A DNA stretch of 60,856 bases, the filler included, from Collodictyon triciliatum (Eukaryota): NCBI GenBank assembly GCA_043381765.1. It is 5 parts of 5 records of this genome, joined end to end, with 100 filler letters (N's around TTAATTAATTAA, not from the genome) between each part and the next. Parts side by side here need not be neighbours in the genome. Positions count along the whole stretch, not along the records: positions 37,494 to 52,278 come from JBHJMP010001775.1; 4 more parts are not named here. One strand, 5' to 3'. The stretch's first letter is position 1; each line of letters begins with the position of its first letter. The notes beneath the pieces were generated by a model, which was not told the DNA's origin, did not search any database, and saw only the letters and a program-made list of their open reading frames with translations. The position numbers and the translations under genes are program-made. Below are positions 37,613 to 51,719 of the stretch, in pieces.

Positions 37613-40600
37613 GAGCGAATGGGAAGTCAGTTGACGAAAGAGTACGAAGTGGGAAGTGTCATTGCTTCGGGTGGCCCGGGCTGCTCTTGGTTTGTTCTCG
37701 CAGCTTCCTTTTCCTTTTCCTTTTCATTTATATTCTTTTCTATTTTTGTCGCTGTTTTGCCCTTTCTCTTCATTTTCTTTTTGCAGCTATTTTTTTCCAG
37801 CATGTTTTTCGTTCAGATTCATGAGTAAACGAGTGTTAACACCAACCTTTGGATAATTAGATTTGTTAATAAACATTTGAGTTCAAAAGGCTACCTGAGA
37901 GGATGAATGAATATACTCGATGGTTATTTATGTTTGGCCTAACAACCTTTTCTAGGAGAATACATTCTGCAACGAAAAGAGGGACACATGAGAGAGTCTC
38001 TATCTTCATATCCTTTTCTCACTTTTCATACTTTTCTATTATTCTTTTATAAAGGGATTACGCCATGTTATAAGCCGTATTCAAATCCAGATCCAAATCG
38101 AAGATTTTGTTGAACTAGTTTATTTATCTGGATTATTTCAATTATCTATATTGCGGTGTATTAACTCTGTCTCCCTTAACCATCCCGATTTACTTATTTG
38201 AGAAAAAGAATTATGAGCGATATCCAAAAGTTGTCCTCGATTTGATTCTGGAAAGGATGAAAAAGGAGGTATGATGATTAGGTTTTGTGCCCCTCAGACA
38301 GCACATGCGATGCTCTGTTCCATTTCTTCATGAGATTGGCAAAAGGCCATAATTCTAATATCATTACAAGGCTACGCAACTTTCCAGACTTCGCCATCCC
38401 GTGGTTCTTCGAGTGTTGAAAACACTAGATGATGGAAAAGGAGAAATAGCCATAGTCACAGAACCTATCATCTGCAGGTGTGGTCTAGCTAAATGTATTG
38501 AAATTATGCAATTACGCATACTTTTTTAATCTTAAGAGTACTTTTGTCTCAGTTTATCAAACTCTTTGATGAAGAACTTCAGTCAAATTTCCTATATACC
38601 TGAAGAACTTCGTAACTACCAGTTTGACGATGCAGAGGTGAATAAGTCTTGATTTTATATGCAGATCAAAAGATATGATTTTTCTTTTTTTTTTTTTAAA
38701 AAAAAATCCTTAAAATAAACGAAACGTAGAGTCTGAAATAAAACACCAAGCAGTCTTTGTTGTAATACCAAAGTCACCAAAATGACAACATACTGTAGAT
38801 ACGCATGGGTGTTCTACAGTTATCCAATCTTCTCTCGTTCTTTCATAATGATGCTAAGCTGATTCATGGCAATTTAGCTCCAGAATCCATCTTCATAACA
38901 GAGTCGGTATGAAAGTATTCATCATCAGATAGTCTTTAGCAGCAATATTGAAACATACGGTTAAGTCACGAATCATTCAAATATTGCGCTTCAGGGCATA
39001 TGGAAGGTTGCTGGCTTTGCCTTTTCTCAAGCTTTTGATCCAATGAGTCTACTGAAATGCCCCCAAGATTATCAAGTTGGATTATAATTTTATTATTTTT
39101 GCACTAATTTTATTATTACAATATCTTTCTCGATTCAGTGCTTTCACCGAAAATTACATACATGAATCATGATAAAATAAGCAAGCCTACTAGCCTTCTC
39201 TGTACTTATTGTATATACTAGAAAAAGGGGCTGTTATTTTGATGAGCTCAGTTTTCATAATAATGTTGTAGGTCATCGACAACTTACCGACATCTTGCTT
39301 CATTAGACCAAACCCATCCTTCATGGGTCTTTTTTATACACCTTTTTTTTTTTTTTTAGGTTGCTTATGTTTTTGTTTACAACTTTTCTTTAATCATATA
39401 CAACTATTTTGACTCTCAATGAAGTTCGAAAGTAGATGAACTTTGAAATACTCTCACCCACTCGATACCAATCAAAAATTAATATCGTAGCACCTGAGCT
39501 TATATGCTCTCAGACCTATGACTCTCGGGTGGATATGTATTCACTCGGATGTTTGATCTATTCGGCCTACAATAATGGCGGTTGGTGCCATATTTAGTGA
39601 TCCATTTTACATCGATAGAAATGAAATATGATATCTTTGAATGTATTATGCAGATTTATTTCGATGTTGATATCCCCGACTAATTATTTTTTTTTTTTTT
39701 TTTTTGTAATTGCTATAGTACCCAAAAGTAATTTTTCTTTAATATCCCTCTTTCTCATATACTTTAATACACCCATCAAAGAATCTTTCGTGCCTGCATA
39801 TTCTTCCCTAAGTCAATATCAGCAAATCCTTCCATCATTGTCAAGTACAAATTTTAAGTCGGTTCCTCCAGCGATGCAAGGTGCATATTGTAAACAGAAG
39901 CTGAAATTTTAATTTTAAACTAAAAAGTATCTTCATGTAAAGTTCGTTACGTATAAACATGAAACAATCGACTTAATTTGTTTATATAATCAAATATGTC
40001 GAAAAATTACGATTAGGACTACTGAAAGACCTGCTTTCAGTCGACCCTCGAGCCAGACAGAGTCCTAAAGACATGGAACGACATCCATCCTTGAAGTTTT
40101 TGTTTATTATGTTCCTCAGTGATGCATCATATTTATATGCCTCTTTTTGATAGTTAAATTTTGGTTTCTCATAATTGACTTTACCGCAAAGTGATTTTGT
40201 AGTCAAGGTTCTCGTCTTTTTGGACGAGTTTTCCGCGAAGCAAGACAAAGACAAGGCCCAGTTCCTGAAGGGCCTTTTACAAGTATTTCTTTTTCTTCTT
40301 TCTGGACATTTTCTTTTTCTTCATATAATTTTACTAACTGATTCATGGTGATTTAATAGAACCTTGAACAAATTCCCAAAAAAACACTGGAACGCCGGGT
40401 ATGTTTCCTCTTTTATTCTACCTATTTAATTGGCTTCTCATCGTGTCATAGGTAATGGTATTGTTTTTTCAACTTCATCTGCCTGATTTTTGAAACCTCA
40501 GATTCTCATCCAATTGTTAAATGAATTATCCAACGCACCCCTCGTCCCTCTTCTTCTCTCAAACATAATGGAAATAGCCAAGAAACAATCGAAAGAGGAT

Positions 40601-43600
40601 TTCTCGAAGGTAATACTTTCATTTAAGCCATGATGCACTATCACCTGACAATAATAACCCAGAACTGCTTTGATTTTTTTGGAAAAAAAAAGCTGTAGAA
40701 AAATTGTTTGGATTATCCAGAAGTAATATAGTGGTCACTTTTTTTATATCTATTAGAGCAGGACCCTTTTATTTTCTTTTGCGGTTGTGTAACGAAATTG
40801 TGCTCTTTATTGCAGATTACTTTCCCCCGTTTGATTCCACTTATGAGTGTGACCGACTCTCCTCAAACACAAGTACTACTTCTGCAAAATATGCCTCTCT
40901 TCGTGGAGCATGCATCAAAAGAGCAATCATACAATTGTATTTTTTGACTCAATTTATCTATTTATTCTTATTTGATATTATTATTTATTATGCATTCTGT
41001 ATTGTTATCATTTGTTAGACTAGATTTGGTAATTTTTTTTAATCCTGACGCTACTTAAGAAGCAAAGCATCGCTTGATTGATTCTTTATGTATAGATCTT
41101 TTGCCGTTGCTCTTAAATGCAATAGTAGATCCCAAGGAAATTGTTCAAGAGGAGGTTATATATATCTTCCAGTTGTTTTTCTAATGATTCATGAAAATAG
41201 CTCAATACAATCGATAATTTTGTTTTCTTGCACAGGCACTCAAGAATTTCTACGAAATTTCAAAATTCTTTGACAAAGAGACACTAAAGAAACATATCGT
41301 TCCAAAGCTTATGGTGATTATGTCACTTTTTCTTTTAAAAAAAATTAATAGGTCAATTTTTTTCACTCTTATTTGTTTAAGCTGGAATACAAGGTTCGAA
41401 TATTCAAAATTATGTCTCGATATGTCACTTACAAATAAAATTTCAATTTGGTGTAATTCAGGCATTATTTGGGTCTCAAACGTCTTTATCCATCAAAGTT
41501 TTGCTTCTTGTTTCATGGTCAAAAATAATTCCATCCTTGGATGCGGTATTTCTATCTTAAAAATAATTAACTTTGACCTGTTTGTTTGTTTGTTTGTTTG
41601 TTTGTTTGTTTGTTTGTTTGTTTGTTTGTTTGTTTGTTTGTTTGTTTGTTTGTTTGTTTGTTTGTTTGTTTGTTTGCATATGTTATATTTAAAATAAATA
41701 TTCAGAAATATGCGAACAACATGTTGTTGTGTGTCCATAAGCATTATCATTCATTTTTCTGCACGCTTAATTGTTCGAGGTTGAATCTAGCATCATCTAA
41801 TAAACTCCTTTTTTCTTCTTTTTGGATGAGTTTAGGCTACCGTTGAACAAACCATTCTTCCAGCATGCGATAATTGGGCCAAAACGCTCATCCCAGATGT
41901 TAAAAATCCTGGTGCACCAGACAAACCTGTATTTTTATCGTGCTATCAATAAAAATAATTATAATTATAATTTTTAACCATAGAAGTAAATCAAAAAAAG
42001 ATGCATCAATATTGATGCTGCCCAGCATCCCAACACATTCGCCCATCAATTATCAATAACCCCACTTTCTCCTGTTTCCCTCTAGCTATTTTACTCGCTT
42101 TTGGTACATATACTCTCTTCAAACTCATCACAGTGCCCATAATTCAAGCTGAATACCCATCCCACTAGAATCCCTACACTGTTTCTCCAGCCCTATTGAT
42201 GGGTATTCTGAGCGTTTATGAGTCGATATATCCCATGGTCGAATATCCCACCATCGCTCTTCGTTTGATTCCTATGGTGTCCAAACTCAGCATCCATCCG
42301 GCGCTAGCTCTTCCTCAGGTGTGTGAAACCGCGAATTATCTTCACAAATGCGAATACATTTGTCAAAATGCATGCACGCTATCCAGGGGAACCCCATATA
42401 ACAATAATAATAATAATAATAATAATAACAATAATAATAACAATAATAATAACAATAATATTAATAATAATAATAAAATACTGCTCTATTCTTGGCGCAT
42501 GCAATGACTGTTAATTCAAAAAATCTATATAATTATATATGCTCATGTATAACTACACCAGTTTGAGACATTTTCTGCATGCCTGAAAGCGATGCAGCTG
42601 AAAGTTGAAGAAGTTCGTCGTAAGGAACTTGGAAGCCGACGTGATTTTGATGCCTCCAAACAACTATCTACCGATGCCACTTCCTGTATGGCCTCTGAAG
42701 TAGAACCAAAAAAGGAGAAAAGAAAAGGAGCATATCTTGATATATATTTAAACCAATGTTTTACCGTTCTCCTAGTATTGATATGCGCATTCAAATCCCT
42801 TCCTCAATCCTAATATCGCGATTCATCAGAGTAATCAAGATGTACAAATCAATTTCTCTTAGCTGCTGACACAGGCGACGCCTTCAAGACCCTTATCTCG
42901 GGCCCGTCTCTGCTGTCTTCAGTCACATCACACGCGCCTTCTCGAAGCCAGTCTGTCTCCTCCCGCGATGAAGTCGCCTCCATCTTTTCTGGACAATCAA
43001 CCGCGCCCGCGAGCATTCAATCCGCACAGAAGCCCCCAAGCGCAGACCCGTTTTCTTCCATCAAGCCCACGCCCCAAGTAGCGCCTTTCCCTATGGGCTC
43101 CTTCTCGTCCACGGACCCGATTTCCTCTCCGCCATCTGCAGACCTATCAGGGCCATCCTTTTTGTTCAGCTCTCAAGCGCGAGCCCAGCCGTCTGCAATA
43201 CCCACATCTCCAGCATCCTCGGCTGTCCATTCAGCGGGATATACCTCCTATGTGGACCAAATTGTGTCAGTTCGACGAGAGCCGCCCCCACCACCATCAC
43301 AAGCGGCATCATCCTCGCTATTCATGCCCGCTTCAACCCCAGTAAACCCAGCCACAACGTACAGAGGGTCGTTCTCTGCACCGGCAAAGCAACCATACGA
43401 GAGTACTCGTGAGTTAGAGGATTTCCTTGGCCCGCCAGCGGCTTCGGTTGTGCCAAATCCGCAGGTAACTTCGACGCATCAAACGGCAATGCCGGATGCG
43501 TCGTCTCTCGACTCGCTTTTTGGGCCTGTGCAAAGAAGTGTGCCACCACAGTATGAGACTGTAGCGCCAACTTTCTCTAATTCAGGAGAGTATCCGCGTG

Positions 43601-43899
43601 TTCCTTCATGGGTATGAGTCTTGTGGAAGAGTGTTTATCTATGCATGCTTCCTTGTTTAACCTTTTATGTTCAGCCTATCTGAGTATTCAAAATGTGCTT
43701 TTGATATTGTGCAACACAACGAGGGAAAATATTTGCGTCCTTTATTCCATAGCAAATCAAATATTAAATTGTATTTTAGTCTTACGGCTCGATGCAACCT
43801 ATGCAGCCTATGCAGCCTATGCAGCCTATGCAACCAGCAGTTCAAAGTACAAATCTTCTGGATGACTTCTTCGGTGCACCCACACAACCTGCAACCAGC
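37613..43899 (+). CDS. SCYL2: SCY1-like pseudokinase 2 (CVAK104); probably partial at both ends, 3' end lies in gap 43925-44304
   Basis: EYEVGSVIASGGPGCSW/RIHSA, LSRLRHPVVL, VTEPII, LIHGNLAPESIFIT, WKVAGFAF, APELI...DMYSLGCLIY, FLDEFSAKQDKDKAQFLKGL, HEAT-like region, and a Pro/Ser tail with DPF and LLDDFF motifs. Confidence 0.88.
38008..38193 (+). other. U12-type AT-AC intron in SCYL2
   Basis: Donor ATATCCTTTT; branch site TCCCTTAAC at 38172-38180; terminal AC at 38192-38193; splicing gives ERVSIF|LFEKKNY in frame. Confidence 0.92.
41579..41676. repeat. (TTTG)n microsatellite, intronic
   Basis: Seen directly. Confidence 0.95.
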
Positions 43900-44539
43900 G
43901 TATGTTTTTTTCACTTGCTTTCGTNNNNNNNNNNNNNNNNNNNNNNNNNNNNNNNNNNNNNNNNNNNNNNNNNNNNNNNNNNNNNNNNNNNNNNNNNNNN
44001 NNNNNNNNNNNNNNNNNNNNNNNNNNNNNNNNNNNNNNNNNNNNNNNNNNNNNNNNNNNNNNNNNNNNNNNNNNNNNNNNNNNNNNNNNNNNNNNNNNNN
44101 NNNNNNNNNNNNNNNNNNNNNNNNNNNNNNNNNNNNNNNNNNNNNNNNNNNNNNNNNNNNNNNNNNNNNNNNNNNNNNNNNNNNNNNNNNNNNNNNNNNN
44201 NNNNNNNNNNNNNNNNNNNNNNNNNNNNNNNNNNNNNNNNNNNNNNNNNNNNNNNNNNNNNNNNNNNNNNNNNNNNNNNNNNNNNNNNNNNNNNNNNNNN
44301 NNNNAAAATGAAGGCATTTTGAAGGAAAAAAAAAGTACCAACCTGCGCTCCCACTGTCAACGTCATTCAGAACGTACTCGGACAGTCCAGCAGCCAGTAA
44401 CATTACTATGTCATATTAGAAGAGCCCTTTTCCACGCCGAAGAAAAGGGGACAATGAGTTTTTTTTTTATTGTTGTTTTTCACAACCTTTCAATCCTTAC
44501 CTTGGTGAGTCTAGGAGGGATGTCGCAGACAATAGGATG

Positions 44540-45500
44540 AGGAGGTGGTCAATCTTGCCGAGGTCAAGAAAAAGACAGAGTATTTCAAACTCTCCAATCC
44601 CAGCAAATGTTGTGGCTTTTTCATAGGCGCGGAGAAGCTTGAGTATATCCTTATCTTGGGTGTGACCAGGGAGCCTTGATAGAGTGGTGCATTCGTTTCT
44701 CGTGTGTTCGACTGTCTTTGTCTCCAGAAGGCAGTGTTTTATGTGTCGGGCATCTGGTTATATGGGGTATGAACTGATGCTGCTTCTTAGCCTTGACAAG
44801 AGTGAATCTCTTGCGAGCTTGCTACTCAAATAATTTGCTGTCGTTGGGAGTTATCTGGCTTCAATTCGCATATGGTAAAGAGAATACCGGTTGTGGTTAT
44901 ATGTTCCAGAGATGGGAAGTACTTAGGTGTCGATTGTTTTCGACGCTGGTCGTCAGCTTGGTCGTGTTGCTCAGTAACAAAGCGTTATTGTTCTTGGTGT
45001 CTCAGCTTGTGATTCTGGTCTCCATTTATTCAACTAAAGACAAGAGGAATGAGCATACAGGTGCATAATCTCTTTCTAGGTCATTGGTTACACGAACCAA
45101 ACATCTATATCTATCGACCAAATTCTTGTGCTTTGCAAATCCCCCGACAAAGTCAACCAGTCGAGTAGAACATCCTCTCATCATCGACCCGTTCATGCAG
45201 GCTTTCCTTGACGGGTTAAGAAGGGTAGGCGGGTGTGAGAGCGGCGTTGTGGAGTTCATCGGATGGCTCCGGCACTCCTCGCAGCGTACATCTTTCTTAT
45301 CTTGGGATGGCCGAGGCTTGTAGCGCTCCACAGTTGGAGCCTGTCCTCACTGAGAACTGAACCACTAAAGGGGTAACTACACAAACTGGTGGGGTATTTT
45401 CCAACGGTTATACGCGGTGCCGTATCCCGACTCGGTGGGGAGCAGCCCCGTGGCTTCAGCAAGGCTCCTGACAGAAGTGCCCATTGTGGGAAACATCATC
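44540..45500 (-). mobile_element. Possible degenerate non-LTR retrotransposon 3' fragment
   Basis: Intronless and relatively GC-rich. Broken translation has AARSAGAIR*TP (post-RT-like GAxRxTP) and LLSRLRSS...HCLLETKTVEHTRNEC (C-terminal zinc-knuckle-like ExVEHxxxEC). Confidence 0.4.
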
Positions 45501-45739
45501 CCTCAAATTCCTTGCTTTTTTTTTTTTAATGCAAACAAGGCATGCAGTACCCTCACATCTGATAAAATAAAATATATATAAAAAATAGTTATCAATAGAA
45601 AGTTAATGACATTGTCCATGAAAGCGCAACGAAGACACACAACGACAGAATATACTTATTTCGTGCTATTATCACCATATTATTTCTATAATGTGGAATT
45701 TATTGGATTTATGATATATGTATTATTTACTAGAAGGGG

Positions 45740-45830
45740 TAAACCTGGTCGCAAGTATCCAAGGTCTCGCCACTTTTTTCACAAAGATTGTGCAGTGGTG
45801 AAGGCTGCCAGGAAAGACCCAACAACATGT
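45740..45830 (-). ncRNA. Putative omegaRNA scaffold of Fanzor copy 2
   Basis: Same three hairpins as copy 1; substitutions in stem 1 give G-U pairs. Confidence 0.6.
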
Positions 45831-47714
45831 TTTTTAGAGGAAGGTGTATGCATTTTTTGAAGGATTAAAGGAACTTTGTTGAGTATATTATTAGCGCTGT
45901 TAGAGTCCCTTGTCGAAAATACACTTTGTTTGCTTTCTGAGCGATTGCATTCTTTACACATGAGACATCTATACACTTTTTTTTTGAATTTCCTTTACGG
46001 TTTCATATATTCCAGTTCTTATTCGCAGTTGTAGCACACCTTGAAGGTTCTAAATTCATTTAAAATAAACGTTTCAACGTTTGGATAGTTTTTTTTCGTA
46101 ATCCTCTTCCGATTGTTGGCATAAAATGTTTCATCGGAGATTTTCTGCTCCAGTCTCCATACGCCAGTACAACATCCTTGCCAATTATCTTTTCGATGCT
46201 GTCCATAAACAATTGTTCACTTCTTTTTGTGTTAACATACTGCCTCCATCTCACCTTTCGAAAAGTTACTTATTCATAAAATCCGGAAAGTTCTAACCGG
46301 AATCTTGATTTCATAGATACATCCGAAACTATTCATAATCGACCGTGCATGAATTATATTTACTCAATTCTGTCTCTAAATCGATTAAATATGCTCTTAA
46401 TGTCTCAAACTGCCGATTCTCTTCAAAAGTCCTGAAACCAAAAGAAATAGCACTTTGTAAACATGTTGCCATGCATATCCCTGAAGCATTGTACTTTTTT
46501 TTTCTCGCGCAAGAGTATTTTGTGATTTTTAAGAGGTTTGCTATCATGTCTTATTTGATGTGTCGTGTAACGTAATTTCTTACCTGCCTCATCCACCATG
46601 TAAACCAAATCAAACTTGCTTGCATCCACTCCAACTATTTTTTTGTCGCTAATAAAGATAACTGCTCTTCGGTAAGTTCATCTATATAGACATATTCTTG
46701 GTTTTTTTGATTATATTTGGATTTCGAATTTGAAATACCTTTCTTTTCAAACAATAATGACACCGCCAAGTCGTCTGTTTGTATCATGTATTTAAAATTG
46801 TAGTCTCTTTGATGAAAGACCCTCTTCTTCATTTCAAAGAAATTATCTCATAGTCTCTTTGCATCCTGACATATTATTATTTAATATTGTTTCTCCAGAT
46901 AAAAAATACAAATCTATCAAACGTGCAGCATCCAGAGTAATATGACATGGTATATTGTTAGTTCTTATAGAGACTGGTTGAAACTGTTTGGCTCCAATGT
47001 CCTCAAAAATGCAATTCATGTAAATCAGACATGGAATGTACTTATTTGGATTGACTTTGACGACATATTCGATAGCTTTTACAATATCGCTGGGAATCAT
47101 ATAATGCAAATGTGTTGTAGCCCATTCTTTATATTGTTCCGGTATTTCGAGATTCTTAAGATGGCCTTTTTTTAACTTTCGTAACTCTACCTTTTTAATA
47201 GCTTCCGTAATATTCTCGTCTTTAGGAACTGTTTGGTTTATAAAGTACACTAACCTCTTTACAAAATGCTCCTTAATGTTATTATGATAAGCTGTGAAGA
47301 TTTGCTTCGCCAAGTATGGTAATACATGACACAGCCTAACCAACGGAAAGCGTTCATATCGGGACTAAAGGAATCGAAAATCATTGAGATAAAAAGTCAT
47401 CATGTCTTCACTCATATCTGGTTTTTTTTTTTTAATCTTGTGTGTCTATCTTGTGAAATTATTCCGAATGTCTTTAAAGCGTACAAAAAAAAACCATTTC
47501 ATCGATTGTTGGGAGCTGTTGTGATTTCAATATGTAACATCCTGCTAACAGATAAGTGTCGGTAACCGAATTATGACACAATAAACCCGTATCGTTGATT
47601 GTGTTATAGTCATCCGCATTCTTTACAATCGACTTTAGGGATGCTTTCACATTTTGATAGTCTGATTTTACAGACTTTATATTCTCAGACTCAAGACGTT
47701 TTTTTTTTTTTCAT
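45779..47714 (-). pseudogene. Fanzor1: Fanzor1, disrupted
   Basis: YLAKQIFTAYHNNIKEHFVKRL, YMIQTDDLAVSLLF, IVGVDASKF (RuvC-I), YGDWSRKSPMKHFMPT, NEFRT (RuvC-II), CYNC...CKEC, TRDSNSANNIL (RuvC-III). Confidence 0.9.
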
Positions 47715-48242
47715 ATGGAGTCTTTGTTTTACTTTTTCCTTTGAAAACTACCGAGTTTTCAATTTTAATAAAACTTAAGGCAATCAGTCAATTTAATTTA
47801 AAAAAACTGCGCAAAATCAATATATGTAAAACTAAGCATCTACCAAGACTCTCAAAATGTGCACATTGTGGCAAACAAACACACACAAAGTTTTTTACAA
47901 GTGATTTGAGACAAAACGCTAAGAGCCGATTTGGCGAGTTTGAAAGGATGGCCTTATAGCCATGGCGACAGAAAGTCAAGATATCGGCCCCAAACAACAT
48001 GATTACCGCCGCAAGTGTGGATAGTATGCTTTTTTGGAATGCATGTTTGACGGCAGGTTTATAGCGCGGGTTCTTTCTGAGTCAAGGCAAGGACTTGCTT
48101 TCCATTCTTTAATTTTAATGATAATGTCACAAAATGGAAAATAAAATATAAATTGATTATAGGAATAGAATGATATTATAAAGTATTTTTAGCCTTATTA
48201 TACATACTAGTTATACTATTATATTATTCAGGTTGTTTAATA

Positions 48243-49882
48243 GCAAATGGACAAGCCTGGTTGAGGACATCAAGTCGAAAATATCAGTGTGGAGCAACTT
48301 TCATCTCTCGGACGTGGGGAAATAAGGTTGTGGAATCAAGTGATGCTGTCGACCCTTATCTAAAACATGAAAGGCACTTTGCTGAATCCCCAAAGGCTGA
48401 AGGAGCTGGAAGAAATCTGCCGCGACTTCATCACTACGAATAATCAATATATAAAATCAAGACGCTCTCTAAGCCACCTACAGAGGGAGGACTGGGACTC
48501 ATAACGCCTGGCATTGCATGGACATCGCTCACGACGAGATGGTGGACAGATATGCTTACCCATCCGAAAGGATTTTGGCAGTGTGGAATGTGGCATCTCA
48601 TCCATCGCATATGCCCGAACTTTAAGGCACAGCTCTGTGAGAGCAGAATCCCATCACCCCCGCCAAACACGCCCGAGCCGCTATTAGCGCGGTGGAAGGT
48701 TCTGTATGAAAACTGTGAAATGTGTGAGTTTACCCAGCTACATGCTGGTACAGGCCAACTTTGCTGAGATAGAGCAAAAGGCTTCTGTATCATCAAGTCG
48801 AGAGAAGGAAACAGCTCCTTCATCCTGCAACAAGTCACATTCCAAAAGGATGGGAGCTTTGCATCGTCGAAAAATGCAACGATATTTCACTATTCGAATG
48901 CAACCCCAACCACAGCCGTCCTGAATAACAAAGGAAAGTGGCGCTCGCGCAGACCAATCTCATACGACATCCTGTCGCCATTCATTTTTCGCCTCAAGAA
49001 CGAACGCTCGTCTAACGGTGCACAGTCTATGCTGTTCTCGATGGCTATGACCTGCTCCAAATTCTTTCGATACAAAATATCGCCGCCGACACCCTACAAA
49101 AAGTCAAAAAATCAACGGTGGGGAGAAACACTAGGCATCACCCACAACCCGCTCACCGCGAGCTGGAGACAAGCACGAAACCCGCTAGTCATCCCAAATC
49201 ACCGCTCTCTAACGCTTAATATCACCAACAGGGAGCTATGGATAGGCACACGCGCGGCAAAAGCTGGCAAAGTCTCCCAACAATGCATATTTTTTAGCAT
49301 CGGTGATGAATCCATTGAGCATACATTAGTGCAATGATCCTTCGCTCAAAACCTGTGCGAAACAGCCGGTGAGATTCATCGACTGACGCTCAAGACGGCT
49401 GCGGTTTTTGTCCAATCCAGGCAATATTTGGGTCTCTACAACAGCTGCGTCCAGATGAAAAAAACATTCTGGACAATGACGCGTGGCCATTTGCTGTGGG
49501 CTATGTGAGTAACACGCACATACTCACGCAAAGCAAGACTCAACAACCAGCCACCCATTCCTGATAACAGGCTGAATGACATCATACAAATGTCTTTCCT
49601 CAATAGCTTTCCTCGCCACCTGCACGTTCTCTACTACTCCGACCCCGTGAGAAGAGACACGTGGAAGAAGCTGAGAAAGATATTAAACTTCGCCTTGTCT
49701 CTCTCATGCAAGCACAAGACCCAGGCTACAGGCCAAACCGCAGGATGCGATACCTGATTACCGACTACTTCTCCGCCACCCGGCCAGCAAGTAGCGTCCA
49801 TGCAAACGATGGCTAGCGAACCAAAGCCAACATCTCCACCATTCTGCACAATTATGAAAGGAAGAATAAAGAAGAGTCTATC
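48243..49882 (+). mobile_element. 5'-truncated, decayed L1/Tx1-clade non-LTR retrotransposon (post-RT region and zf-RVT)
   Basis: KWTSLVEDIKSKISVWSNFHLS, LKELEEICRDFI, TLSKPPTEGGLGLI, QCIFFSIGDESIEHTLVQ* (degenerate CCHC), LLWAM*VTR; several frameshifts; AATAAA at ~49866. Confidence 0.8.
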
Positions 49883-50275
49883 TGCTGCATTATATATTGG
49901 AAGTTTTCAGTGACGTCATGACGCAGTAACGTGAAAACAAAGCTATTTTCTCAGTATAATTTATTCAAAATACAAGAATATCCGAAAATCTATTTTTCAA
50001 TAATTCACATTTTGAAAATTTAAAGGATTGTTTTCATAGTACCTCAGCGAAGGAGTGAACGACTGCATTATATTGATCAATACTGTGATTCTTATTGGGC
50101 ATTTTTTTCGGACAATATTTTTAGGAAATGGAATAAGCAACATGTACATTCTGCGTTTCATGTAGAATTCCGCGTATTCTTCATTCAACCAAATTGCTAT
50201 TATTTAGGAAGCAGCAGACAACACAATTTGCAGCTGACTCTAGGGATGATAAAAATTAGCACTAAGGATTTTATA

Positions 50276-51407
50276 ATGCCGAATAAGTTATTTTTGGTTG
50301 TTGCGTTTTTTGTAGCAGCAATATGTTATTTAACACTGTGGAATCAGGTAGATTTGAGTTCTTCATACATTTCGTGGAACCATTTTGATATCAGGCAAAG
50401 GAAAATATTGCAAACACCGGTGACTCAGTACAGCAGTGAAAGTCAGATAGGGCAGAAAGATTCATATCAAGATGAGATGTATTCACAGTATGTTGGCCAA
50501 CATGGAGCAGTTGTAATTTCTGTTTGTAACACGGTAAAACATAGGTTTTGTGATTTCGTTAAGTCTTCGAATTGGAACGGTGCCATGTTACATATCATAG
50601 GTTTTGGAGCTCAATGGAACAGAAATGTTAATAAACTGTTTGCGTTGAGGAACGAAATAAAAAATTATGATAATGGAACAGTAATAATTTTTTGTGATTG
50701 TATGGATGTCGTTATCAATGAAAGATTCGCAGATATTGTTAAAAAATTAAAGAAAAGAGGGTTGACATGATAGTTTCAGTCGAATACAACTGCTGGCCTG
50801 ATGATGTGATAACGAGGCTCAACCCTTCCATCACGGAGACCACTAATGGATGTGTTAGAGCCTACGACATGGTCGGGTCACACAACACTTGCTTCAAAAA
50901 CGGATTTGCCAATATTTTTTCAGGACATAAACTCGTCTTTTACTAAATATTTTTGATTTAAAAAATATTAGACCCCGATACATCAACTCCGGGACTTATA
51001 TCGCATTTGCTGGAAAGCTCAAGGAGTTCCTTGCTGAAGCTTGCGATGAAGTTGAGAGGAAGAGATACAAAGGTCTAAGTGATCAGAAGTATTTCCACGA
51101 GGCATATCTAAGCGGAATGAAAGGTATTGAGTTGGACTACTTTGTAGAATTTTTTATGGCCATGCTCTTTATTGAGACTGCATGTTACAAATCCTGTCCG
51201 TGGGCCAAAAGAAATTACGACCACATGGTTTTCACACCGACCGGACGCAGGCCCTCTTTCATTCATTTTCAGTACAATACCAAGACAATTCTATATGAAA
51301 AATATATCAATTCCACGATGGTTGAGAAGCCAGCAAAGAATGGTTATCATACCCCTATGTTTTGGGTAAATGGATATCCTAGAGATATCAATAGTGTGTG
51401 TCCGTGA
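50276..51407 (+). pseudogene. PLOD/LH3-glycosyltransferase-like (GT-A) type II membrane protein with one apparent frameshift at ~50748
   Basis: N-terminal TM segment, IIFCDCMDV (DxD-like), then in the next frame VSVEYNCWP. After a probable intron (~50876-50971): RYINSGTYIA, SDQKYF, IELDY, PSFIHF. Confidence 0.65.
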
Positions 51408-51719
51408 TGAGTAGGCTGCCAGTTTATCCGCCTTTCTGGGGAAATTTCACTTCCGACTGTACAAAGAGATCAATAGTAGTTGTAGATCTTCACAATGAAG
51501 AACTATCCTCGACCCCTACGTGTGCATGTTGATGAATCCAAATTTCCATTGTTTCACAGGCTGACCTGCTACGGAACCCAATCAAGCTCACGCTATTCAA
51601 TCATGGCTCGTCGTCTGCATCAGACAACCTCAGAATTATAAAACCCTCCTCCCACTCAATAAGATGATGTTATTATCAATCTATTACCTTCACCTGATTT
51701 TCAATCAAGCTTCCCGCGC

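Larger units (their letters stand above)
45730..48238 (-). mobile_element. Non-autonomous Fanzor1-carrying transposon, copy 2 (right end at either 45740 or 45730)
   Basis: Reverse-complement homolog of 8002-10522 over the full length, with the same left end and the same right-end blocks. Confidence 0.88.

Noticed and set aside
49912-49919. TGACGTCA (CRE-like) upstream of the glycosyltransferase
   Set aside because: A single 8-mer with no supporting evidence; another occurs at the LRR gene start codon (4640-4647).
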